Origin: the human T2T-CHM13v2.0 reference genome, Homo sapiens
Assembly: GCA_009914755.4 (NCBI GenBank)
Contig: CP068257.2
Location: 8,896,001 to 8,960,000 of the forward strand
Direction of reading: 5' to 3'
Length of the DNA stretch: 64,000 bases
The notes under the pieces are model-generated. The model was not told the origin of the DNA. It was given only the letters and a program-made list of their open reading frames with translations, and did not search any database. Both the position numbers and the translations under genes were made by a program. Position 1 is the stretch's first letter. Each line of letters begins with the position of its first letter. Positions 26,401 to 38,790 of the stretch are shown in pieces.

Positions 26401-29400
26401 TGATTCTATTCTTTTCCATTCCATTCCATTACGTTGCATTCAATTTATTCCATTCCATTCCATTCCATTCTTGTACATTTCTTTATATTCCATTGCATTC
26501 CATTGCATTGCATTTCATTCCATTTGAGTCCGTTCCATTCCATTCTTGTCCATTCCATTCCATTCCATTCCGTTGGAGTCCTTTCCATTCCATTTCATTT
26601 GAGTCCATTCCATTCCATTTCATTACATTCGTGTGGATTCCTCTCCATTCCATTCGAGTCCATTCCGTTTCATTCGGGTGGATTCTTTTCCATTCCATTA
26701 GAGTCCATTCCATTACATTCCGTTCGAGTCCATTCCATTAGATTCCATTCCATTCCATTCCATTCGTGTCGATTCCATTCCATTATATTCCATTCTAGTC
26801 CATTCCATTTCATTCCACTCGGGTCCATTCCATTCGATTCCATTCCATTGGAGTCCATTGCATTCCATTCCATTCCATTCCATTCCATTCCATTCCATTG
26901 GTTTCCATTCCATTCCATTCCATTCCATTCGTGTGAATTTCATGCAATTATTTTCGAGTCCATTCCATTCCATTCCATTCTGTTCCATTCGCATCCTCTT
27001 CATTCCCTTCCATTCTATTCTACTCTTGTCGTTTCCATTCTATTCCACTACATTTCAATCCATTCCATTCCATTAGTGTCCATTCCTTCCATTCAATTCC
27101 ATTCCTTTCTTTTACATTCCATTCCATTCGATTCCACTCCCTTCCATTCCATTCAATTCCGTTTCACTCCATTACATTCCATTCAAGTCCATTCCATCGC
27201 ATTCGATTCCATACCGTTCCATTTCATTCCATTTTGGTCCTTTCCAATCCCTTCCATTCGAGTTCATTTCATTCCATTCCAGTCCATTCCATTCCATTTC
27301 TTTTAAGTCTATTCCATTCCATTCCATTCCATTCCATTCCATTCCATTCCATTTCATTCCATGCCATTCGAGTCTTTTTCATTTCAATCCACCGGAGTCC
27401 ATTCCATTCCATTGCTGTCCATTCCATTCCATTCCATTAGACTCCATTCCATTCCTTATGAGTGCATTCCTTTCCATTCTATTCCACTGAAGTCGATTCC
27501 ATTCAATTCCCTTCCATTCCATTCCATTGCATTCATTTCCATTCCTTTTGAGTCCATTCCATTCCAGTCCAATCTATTTGAGTAAATTTCGTTCCGTTAA
27601 CTTGCATTCCATTCGAGTCCATTCCATTCCGTTACATTCCATTATATTCGAGTTCATTCAATTCCGTTCCTTTCCATTTAACTCCATTCCACTCCGTTCC
27701 ATTTGAGTCCACTCCATTCCTCTCAATTCCATTCGAGTACATTCCATTGTATTCCTTTCGAATCCATTGTATTACATTCCATTCCATTCGATCCAATTCA
27801 ATGCCATCCATTCCTTTCCATTCGAGTCCATTCCATTCCATTCCATTGGAGTCCATTCCATTTCATTCCATTCCATTCCAGCCCAAGATGTTCCAACCCT
27901 TTCCATTCGAGTCCACTCTATTGCATTCCATTCCATTCGCGTACATTCCGTCCTGTTCCATTCGAGTCTGTTCCATTCCATTTCATTGGATTCCAATCCA
28001 TTAGAGTCCATTACTTTAAATTCCATGCAATTCCACTCGATTCCTTTCCAATACATTTAATTCAAGTCCATTCCATTCAAACCCTTTCCATTCCAGTCCA
28101 TTCTATTCCATTCCATTCTTTTCCATTCCATTCCATTCTATTCCATTTGAGCCGATTCCATTCCATTGCATTTAATTCGAGTCAATTCCATTCCATTCCA
28201 TTCCATTTAGGTCCAGTCCCTTCAATTCCATTCGAGTCAATTCCATTCCATTCCATTCGAGTATATTCCTTTGCATTCTATTCCATTTGAGTCCATTCCT
28301 TTCCATTCCATTCGAGTCCATTCCATTCCATTTGACTCAGGTACATTGATTACATTCCATTCCTTTCGAATATATTCCATTCTATTCCTTTCAAGTCTAT
28401 TCCATTCCATTTCATTAGATTCCATTTCATTAAATTCCATTTTAATCTATTCGAGATCATTCCATTCCATTCCGTTCCCTTCATGTCCATTCCATTCTAT
28501 TCGAGTCCATTCCATTCCATTCCTTTCGAGTCCAATCCAGTACATTACATTCTCTTCCATTCAAGTCCATTCCATTGCATACCATTCCATTCCATTCCAT
28601 TCCATTCCATCCCATTCCATTAGGGTGAATTCCTTTCCATTCGATTCGGGTCCATTCCATTCCATTACATTACATTAACTTGTAATCTATTAAATTCCAT
28701 GCCATAGCATTAGAGTACATTCCATTCCATTCCTTTCCATTTCATTCAATTCCATTTCATTCCATTCGAGTCCATTTCATTCCATTACATTCCATTCCAT
28801 TCGAGTCCATTCCATACCATTACATTCCGTTGGACTTGAATCCATTAAATTCCTTTTGATTCCATTCGAATCCATTCCACTCCAACCCATTCGATTCTAT
28901 TTGATTCCATTCCATTCCACTCCAGTCCTTTCCATTCCATTCGAGTCCATTTCATTCCGTAACATTCAAATCCAATGCATTCCTTTCCATTGTATACCAT
29001 GACATTCCATTCGAGTCCATTTCAATCTATTCTATTGAATTCGAGTCCATTGCATTTCATTCCACATGAGTCCATTCCACTCCATTCCACTCGAGTCCAT
29101 TTCATTCCTTTCCATTCAATTGGAGTTCATTCCATTCCATTTGAGTCCATTCCTTTCCAGTCCATTCGATTCGATTGCATTCTATTCCATTCAGCTCCAT
29201 TCCATTCCATTCCACTCCATTCCATTCCATTCCACTCCATTCCATTCTGTTCAATTCCATTCCATTCCACTGCACTCCATTCCATTCCATTCCATTTCAT
29301 TCGTGTCCATTTCATTCGTGTCTTTTCCATTCCATTCCACCTGAGTCCATTCCTTTCCATTCAATTCCATTCGAATCCCTTCCTTTCCTTTCCATTAAAG

Positions 29401-30315
29401 TCCATTACATTAGATGCTAATCCTTTAAAAGCCATTCTACTCCTTTCGAGTCCATTCCATTCCTTTGCATTTGAGTCCATTCCATTCCATTCAATTCTAT
29501 TACAATCCAGTCCATTCCTTTGTATTCCATGCCTATCCATTCCATTCCATTCCATTCGTTTCAATTCCATTCCATTCCATTGGAGTCCATTCCATTCCAT
29601 TCGAGTCTGTTCCATTCCATTGCTTTTCATTCCAATACATTCCACTGCATTTCATTTCATTCGAGTGCATTCCATTCCAATACACTCGAGTCAATTCCAT
29701 TCCATTCCATTTCATTTGGGTCCATTCATTTCATTCATGTCCATTCCATTCTATTTCATTCCTTTCAAGTCCTTTTCATTCCATTCCATTCCATTCAATT
29801 CCACTCCTTTCCATTCCATTAAATTGCATTCCATTCCTTTCCATTTCTTTCAGGTCCTTTCAATTCAGCTGCATTCCATTCGAGTCCATTCCATTCCATT
29901 CAATCCCATTCGAGTCCATTCCATTAAATTCCGTTCCATTCCATTCCATTCCATTCCTTTCCATTCAGTTCCATTCGGATCAATTCCATGCCATTCCATT
30001 CGAGTCCATTCCAATCCATTCCATTCCATTCCGTTCCATTCGAGTCCATTCCATTCCATTCAATTCCACTCCATTTGAATCCATTCCATTCCATTCGAGT
30101 CCATTCCTTTCCATTCCATTCCATTCGAGTCCACTCCATTCCATTCCATTCCATTCCACACGAGTCCTCTCCATTCTATTCCACTCCATTTCAATCCATT
30201 CCATTCCATTCGAGTGCATTCCTTTCTATTCCATTCCATTCTATTACATTCCATTCCATTCGAGTCCATTCCCTTCCATTCCATTCAATTCCATTCCACT
30301 CCATTCCATTCCATT

Positions 30316-31529
30316 CAAGTCCATTCCATCCCATTTGATTCCATTCAATTCCATTCCATTCCATTTGTGTTCTTTCCATTCCTTTCCATTCGAGTTATTT
30401 CCATTTTAATCGAGTCCATTCCATTCCATTCCTTTCGAGTCTTTTCCATTCCATTCCATTGGATTCCATTCCATTTTATTCCATTCTTTTCGAGTCCTTT
30501 CCATTTGATTCCATTCGAGTCCATTCCATTCCATTCCAATCCATTCGTGTCCATTCCATTTCATTGAATTCAAATCTATTCCATTTCATTCCAATCATTT
30601 CGAGTCCATCCCATTTCATTGAATTCGAATCTATTCCATTTCATTCCAATCATTTCGAGTCCATTCCATTGCACTGTAGACAATTCCTTTCCAATCCATT
30701 CCATTCCTTTCCATTCCATTCGATTCAATTCCATTCCATTCCATTCTATTCCATTCCATTCCAAACCATTACATTCCTTTCTAGTCCATTCCATTCCATT
30801 CCACTCCATTTTAGTAAATTTCATTTCAGTAACTTCCATTCCATTCTAGTCCATTCCATTCCGTTACATTTCATTCCATTTGAGTCCATTCAATTCCATT
30901 CCATTCCATTCCAATTGATTCCATTCCAATCCGTACCATTCGAGTCCACTCTTTTCCTCACCATTCCGTTTGAGTACGTTTCCTTCTATTCCATTGGAAC
31001 CCATTGCATTACATTCCATTCTATTCGAACGAATTCATTTCCATTCCATTCCATTCTGTTCGATTCCATTCCATTCCATTCGAGTCTATTCCATTCCAAT
31101 CCATTTGAGTGAATTCCTTTTCATTCCATTCCATTCGTGTCCATTCCGTTCCAAACTTTCCATTCGAGTCCATTCCATTGCATTCCATTCCATTTGAATA
31201 CATCCTATTCTATTTCATTCGTTTCCATTCCATTCCATTTCACTGGACTCCATTCCATTAGAGTCCATTCCATTAAATTTCATTATATTCCATTCGAGTC
31301 ATTTCCTTTCCGTTGTAGTCCATTCCATTCCATTCGAGTCCATTTCACTCCTTTCCATTCCTGTCCATTCCTTTCCATTCCATTCCATTCCATTCCATTC
31401 CATTCCATGCTATTCCATTTGAGTCCATTAAATTCCAAGCCATTCAAATCCATTCCATTCAAACCCATTACATTCCAGTCCATTCTATTTCATTCCATTA
31501 GAATCCAATCCATTCCATTCCATTCCATT
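30316..31529 (+). repeat. Copy 1 of a tandem duplication of about 1.2 kb in domain C.
   Basis: It is collinear and near-identical to 31530-32700. Shared unique strings are ccatttgtgttctttcc, aatccgtaccattcgagtccactc and tagtaaatttcatttca. The ORFs 30459..31112 and 31673..32008 share the peptide MDSIPFYSI.FESFPFDSIRVHSI. Confidence 0.85.
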
Positions 31530-32700
31530 CAAGTCCATGCCGTCCCATTTGATTACATTCAATTCCATTCCATTCCATTTGTGTTCTTTCCATTCCATTC
31601 CATTCGAGTTCTTTCCATTTTAATCGAGTCCATTCCATTCCCTTCCTTTCGAGTCTTTTCCATTCCATTCCATTGGATTCCATTCCATTTTATTCCATTC
31701 CTTTCGAGTCCTTTCCATTTGATTCCATTCGAGTCCATTCCATTCTATTCCAATCCATTCGTGTCCGTTCCATTTCATTGAATTCGAATCTATTCTATTT
31801 CATTCCAATCATTTTGAGTCCATTCCATTCCATTTCATTCCACTGTAGACAGTTCCTTTCCTTTCCATTCCATTCCTTTCGATTCGATTCCATTCCATTC
31901 CATTCTATTCCATTCCATTCCAAACCATTCCATTCCTTTCTAGTCCATTCCATTCCATTCCACTCCATTTTAGTAAATTTCATTTCATTAACTTCCATTC
32001 CATTCTAGTCCATTCTATTCCGTTACATTTCATTCCATTTGAGTCCATTCAATTCCATTCAATTCCATTCCAATTGATTCCATTCCAATCCGTACCATTC
32101 GAGTCCACTCCATTCCTCACCATTCCGTTTGAGTATGTTTCCTTCTATTCCATTAGAACCCATTGCATTACATTCCATTCCGTTCAAGCGAGTTCATTTC
32201 CATTCCATTACATTCCGTTCGATTCCATTCCATTCCATTCGAGTCCATTCCATTCCAATCCATCTGAGTGAATTCCTTTTCATTCCATTCCATTCGTGTC
32301 CATTCCGTTCCAAACCTTTCCATTCGAGTCCATTCCATTGCATTCCACTCCATTCGAGTACATCCTATTCTATTCCATTCGTTTCCATTCCATTCCATTT
32401 CATTGGACTCCATTCCATTAGAGTCCATTCCATTAAATTCCATTATATTCCATTCGAGTCATTTCCTTTCTGTTGTATCCCATTCCATTCCATTCGAGTC
32501 CATTTCACTCCTTTCCATTCCTGTCCATTCCTTTCCATTCCAGTCCATTCCATTCCGTTGCTTTCAAGTCCATTCCATTCCATGCTATTGCATTTGAGTC
32601 CATTAAATTCCAAACCATTCAAATCCATTCCATTCAAACCCATTACATTCCAGTCCACTTTATTTCATTCCATTAGAATCCAATCCATTCCATTCCATTC
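31530..32700 (+). repeat. Copy 2 of the 1.2 kb tandem duplication.
   Basis: See copy 1. Similarity is lost after about 32700. Confidence 0.85.
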
Positions 32701-33469
32701 CATTCCCTTCCATTCCATTCGATTCCATTCCATTCGAGTCCATTCCATTCCATTCCATTCCATTGCATTGCATTGCATTCCATTCCATTCTATTTCTTTC
32801 GCGTCCATTCCATTCCATTCAATTCCATTTCATTCAGGTCCATTCCACTGCATTCTATTCGAGGTCATTCCAATGCATTTCATTTGATTTGTGTCCATTC
32901 AATTGTATTTCATTATATTCCACTAGAGGCGATTCCTTTCCGTTCCGTTCCATTCCATTCGAGTCCATTCCATTTCATTTGAGTCCATGCCATTAAATTC
33001 CATTCCAGTCCATTCCATTCCATTCATTTCAATTTCATTCCTTTCCATTCCTTTCAGGTCCATTGAATTCACTTGCATTCCATTCGTGTACATTCCATTC
33101 CATTCCATTCCATTCCTTTACAATTCATTCGTGTCAATTCCATTCCATTTCATTCCATTCGAGTGCATTTGCATTTTTTTTCCATTACATTCCATTCTAT
33201 TTGAGTCCATTCCATTCTGATACATTCCATTCCATTCGAGTCCTCTCAATTCCGTTCCATTCCTTTCCAGTCCATTTCATTCCAGTCCATTCCATTCCAT
33301 GCTATTCCATTTGAGTCCATACCATTCCTTTCAATTCGAATCCATTCCATTCAAACCCATTCCATTCCAATACATTCCATTCCATTCCATACGAATCCAT
33401 TCCATTCCTATCCAAACCACTCTACTCCAATCCATTCCATTCCTTTCCATTTGTGTCCAATCAATTCCA

Positions 33470-34085
33470 TTCCATTCCATTCCATTCCATTCCATTATAC
33501 TCGTGTCCATCCCATTCAATTCCATTCGGGTCCATTCCATTCCTTTCCATTGGAATCCATTCCATTGCATTCCATTCTTCTCTTTTTGAGTCCATGCAAT
33601 CCCATTCCATTCCACTCAAGTCCATTCAATTCCATTAAGTTCCATTCATGTCCGTTCCATTCAATTCCATTCAAGTCAATTCCATTCCAATCCTCTCAGG
33701 TCCATTCCATTGCATTCAATTCCATTCGAGTCCATTCCATTCCATTCCATTCGTCTCCATTCCATTGAATTATATTCCATTCCTTTCGAGTCCATGCAAT
33801 TCCATTTCATTCCATTCGAGTTCATTCCATTCCATTCCATTTGAGTCCTTTCCATTGAGTTCCATTCCATTCGAGTCCATTCCATTCTATTCCATTCGAG
33901 TCCATTCCTTTCTATTCCATTAGAATCCATTCCATTAAATTCCATTGTATTACATTCGAGTTCATTCCATCCCATTCCGTTCCATTCATGTCCATTCCAT
34001 TCGAGTCCTTTCTATTCCATTCCTTTTGAGTCCTTTCCATTCCATTCCTTTCTATTACCTTAGAGTGCATTCCATTCCATTCCAT
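33470..34085 (+). repeat. Copy a of a dispersed duplication of about 615 bp. Its partner lies about 4.7 kb downstream.
   Basis: It matches 38175-38790 nearly base-for-base, for example tatactcgtgtc..tcc.a.tcaattccattc.ggtcc and ttgagtccatgcaatc.cattcc. The ORF pair 33648..33923 and 38346..38621 is almost identical. Confidence 0.8.
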
Positions 34086-34104
34086 TCCATTCGAGTCCAT
34101 TCCA

Positions 34105-34265
34105 TTCCATTCCATCCCATTCGTGTCCATTCCATTCCATTCCATTTGCGTCCATTCCATTCCTTTCCATTCCATTCCATTCCATTCCATCCCATTCGTG
34201 TCCATTCCATTCCATTCCATTTGCGTCCATTCCATTCCTTTCCATTCCATTCCATTCCATTCGTG
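34105..34265 (+). repeat. Tandem sub-repeat of about 75 bp with about 2 copies.
   Basis: The unit cattccatcccattcgtgtccattccattccattccatttgcgtccattccattcctttccattccattccattc repeats. The ORFs show repeating RVHSIPFHLRPFHSFPFHSIPF. Confidence 0.7.
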
Positions 34266-37200
34266 TCCATTCGTGTCCATTCCATTCCATGTAAATGACG
34301 TCAATTCCATTCCATTACATTCCATTCCATTGCATTCCATTCGAGTCCACTCCACTGCATTCCATTTCATTCGAGTCCATTCTATTCCATTCCATTCCAC
34401 TCGAGTCGATTCCATTTGATTCCATTCCATTCAAGTCCATTGCATTTCATTTGATTCCATTCCATTCCATTCCGTTTGAGTTCATTCAATTCCATTCCAT
34501 TCCATTCCATTTCATTCCATTCCATTCCTTTCATATCCAATCAATTCAACTACATTCCATTTGAGTCCATTCCATTCAATTCCTTTCCATTCCTTTGTAG
34601 TCCATTCCGTTGCTTTCCATTCGAATCCATTCCTTTCCATTAGTTTCGATTCCATTCCATTGCATACGAGTCCATTCCATTCCATGATATTCCATTTGAG
34701 TCCATTCCATTCAAATGTATTGCATTCAAAACCATTCCATTCCAGTAAATTCCATTCCATTCCATTCGAAATCATTGCATTCTATTCCATTCCATTCGAC
34801 TGCAACCCATTTCATTCGAGTCTATTCCTTTCCAATCTATTTCACTCGATTCTGTTCCGTTTAATTCCATTCGAGTCATTCGCATTCAAATGCATTCAAG
34901 TGCATTCCATTGCATTCCATTCCACTGAAGTCCATTAGTTTCCATTCAACTCGAGTCCTTTCCGTTGCATTCCGTTCCATTCCTTTCGAGTCCATTCCAT
35001 TCCATTAAATTCCATTCGAGTCTTTTCCATTCCGTTCCATTCGAGTTTTTTCCATTGCATTCCATTTCATTCGAGTCCACTCCGTTCTATTCCATTCGAG
35101 TACGTTCCGTTCCATTCCATTAGAATCCATTCAATTAAATTCCTTTGTATTCCATTGATGTCCATTTCATTCCATTCCATTCCATTCGTGTTCATTCCAT
35201 TCCATTCCAGTCCATTCCATTCCATGGCTTTCTTTCGAGTCCATTCCATTCCAATCCATTCGACTCCATTCCATTCCATTCCATTCCATTCCATTCCATC
35301 CCTTTCAGGTCCATTCAATTCAACTGCATTCCATTCGAGTCCATTCCACTCAATTCCTTTCCATTCCATTCAACTCCAGTGCATTCCATTCCATTCCATT
35401 CCATTCCATTCCATTCCATTCCATTCCATTTGAGTCAACTCCATTCCATTCCATTCAAGTCCATTTCAATGCATTCCATTCCATTTGAGTCCATTCCATT
35501 CAATTCAATTCCATTTGAGGCCATTCTATTACATTCCCTTCTATTCTTTTCGAGTCCATTCCTTTGCATTCCATTCGAGTCCATTCATTTACATTCCCTT
35601 CCATTCTTTTTGAGTCCATTGAATGCCATTCCATTGCATTCGAGTTCTTTCAATTCCTATACATTCGAGTCTATTCCATTGCATTCCATTCCATTCGAGT
35701 CCATTCCATTCTATTCCTTTCGAGCCCAGTCCATTCCATTCCTTTACAATCCCTTCCATTAAATTCTAATGTATTCCATTTGAGTCCATTCCATTCCATT
35801 GCATTTTAATTGTATCCATTCCATTTCATTCGTGTCCATTCCATTCCATTCCTTTTGAGTCTAGTCCATTTCATTCCCTTCTATTCCATTAGGGTCCATT
35901 CCACTCCATTGCATTGCATTTGAGTCTATTCCATTCAATTCCATTGCATTCGATTCCGTTCCATTCCATTCTATTCCATTCCATTCCATTCCATTCCTTT
36001 CCATTCCATTCCTTTCCATTCCATTCTATTCCTTTCGGGACGATTCCGTTGACTTCCGTTCGATTCCATTCCACTGCATTCCATTTCATTCGATTCCATT
36101 CCATCCCACTCAGGTCGATTCCATTCCACTCCATTCCATTCAAGTCCATTCCATTTTATTCGAATCCATTCCATTCCATTCCAGACGAGGCCATTCCATT
36201 TTATTCCTCTCCATTCCATTCCATTCCATTCCTTCGGGTCCATTCAACTCAACTGCATTCCCCTCGAGTCCATTCCATTCCATTCCATTCCATTCCAATC
36301 CATTCCATTCCAATCCTTGTGGTCCATCCAATTCAACTGCATTCCCCTGGAGTCCATTCCATTCCATTTCATTCCATTCCATTCAAGTCCATTCCATTCC
36401 ATTCAGTTCAAGTCCATTTCATTACATTACATTACATTCGAGTCCATTCTATTCCATTACATTATATTCAATTCGAATAAATTCCATTCCATTCAAGTCC
36501 ATTACACTCCATTTTGTTCAAGTCCAATCCATTCCTAACGAGTCCATTCCATTGCATTGCATTCGAGTCTGTTCCATTCCATGCTATTCCATTAGATTCC
36601 ATTCCTTTCCATGCCATTCGAGTCCTTTCCATTCAAACCAATTCCATTCCAGTACATTCCATTCCATTCCATTCCATTCGTCTCCATTATATTGTATTCC
36701 ATTTTGCTGCATTCCATTCCACTACATTCATGTCCATTCCATTCTATTTCATTCGAGTCCATTCCATTCCATTCCATTTGAGTCCACTCCATTCCATTCC
36801 ATTCCATTCCATTCCATTCTGGGCCATTCAGTTTCATTCGATTCCATTCGATTCCATTCGATTCCATTGCATTGCATTCCATTCCATTCCATTCCTTTCT
36901 AGTCCATTTCTTTCCATTCCATTCCATTCCATTCCATTCCATTCCATTCGAATCCATTCCATTCCATTCCATTCGGTTCAATTCCATTCCATTCCATTCG
37001 CATCCATTCAATTCCATTCCATTAAATTCGAGTACATTCCATTCCATTCCATTCCTCTGTAGTCGATTCCATTCCATTCCATTCCATTCACGTGCATTCC
37101 ATTCCATTCGAGTTCATTCCATTCCATTCGAGTCCTTTCCATTCCGTTCCATTCCATTCACGTAAATTCAGTGCCATTCCAGGCGAGTCCATTCCATTCC

Positions 37201-38174
37201 ATTCAAGTCGATTCCACTCCATTCAAACCCATTCCATTACTGTCCATTCAATTCCATTCCATTCTTTTCATTTCATTTCTTTCCATTCCATTCCATTCCA
37301 TTTGAGCCCAATTCATTCTTTTCTTTCAATTCGACTCCATTCCATTCCATTCCATTCCATTTCTTTAAGGTCCATTCCCTTCAATTCCAATCGACTCAAT
37401 TCCATTCCATTCCTTTCGAGTTCATTCCATTGCATTCCATTGCATTCAAGTCCATTCCTTCCAATCCATTCCATTCCATTTTATTGCATCCCACTCCTTT
37501 TGAGTCCATTCATTTCCAATCAATTCCTTTCGAGTCCTTTCCTTTCTATTCGACTCGAGTCCAATGATTACATACCATTCCATTCAATTCTATTCCATTA
37601 TATTCCATTCAAGTCCATTCCATTCAATTCCATTAGAGTCCATTGCATTAAATTCCGTTGTGTTTCATTCGAGATAATTCCATTCCATTCTGTTCCATTC
37701 ATGTCCATTCCATTCCATTCCATTCCATTCCATTCCATTCCATTCCTTTCCATGCCATTCCATTCTTTTCGATTCCAATCCATTCCATTCTATTCCATTC
37801 AAGTCCATTCCATTGCATACCATTCCATTCCATTCAATTGCATTCCATTGCACTCCATTCCATTCCATTCCATTCTGGTGAATTCCTTTCCATTCCATTC
37901 GAGTCCATTCTATTCCATTTCATTCCATTCCAGTACATTCCATTCCGTTCCACTCGAGTCCATTCCATTCCATTCCATTCCGTTCCGTTCCATTCCATTC
38001 CATTCCATTAAATTCCGTTCCTTTCCATTCCATTCCATTCCATTAAATTCCATTCCATTCCATTCCATTCCTTTCCATTGAATTCCATTCCGTTCCTCTC
38101 AATTCTTGACAATTCCATACCTTTCTATGCGAGTCCATTCCAATAACTTCCATTCTGTTCGAGTCCATTCCATT

Positions 38175-38790
38175 CCATTCCATTCCATTGTATTATACTC
38201 GTGTCTGTCCCACTCAATTCCATTCAGGTCCATTCCATTCCTTTCAATTCGAATCCATTCCATTGCATTCCATTCCACTCTTTTTGAGTCCATGCAATCT
38301 CATTCCATTCCATTCAAGTCCATTCAATTCCATTAAGTTCCATTCATGTCAGTTCCATTCAATTCCATTCAAGTCAATTTCATTGCAGTCATCTCAGGTC
38401 CATTCCATTGCATTCAATTGCATTCGAGTAAATTCCTTTCCATTCCATTCAACTCCATTCCATTGAATTCTATTCCATTCCTTTCAAGTTCATGCAATTC
38501 CATTTCATTCCATTCGAGTCCATTCCATTCCATTCCATTTGAGTCCTTTCCATTGAGTTCCATTCCATTCGAGTCCATTCCATTGTATTCCATTCGAGTC
38601 CATTCCTTTCCATTCCATTAGTATCCATTCCATTAAATTCCATTGTATTCCATTCGAGTTCATTCCATTCCATTCCGTTGCATTTGTGTCCTTTCCATTC
38701 CATTCCATTCGTGTCCCTTCCATTCCATTCCTTTTGAGTCCTTTCCATTCCATTCCATTCTATTACCTTAGAGTCCATTCCATTCCATTG
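38175..38790 (+). repeat. Copy b of the dispersed duplication of about 615 bp.
   Basis: See copy a. Flanks on both sides do not match, so only this segment is shared. Confidence 0.8.
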
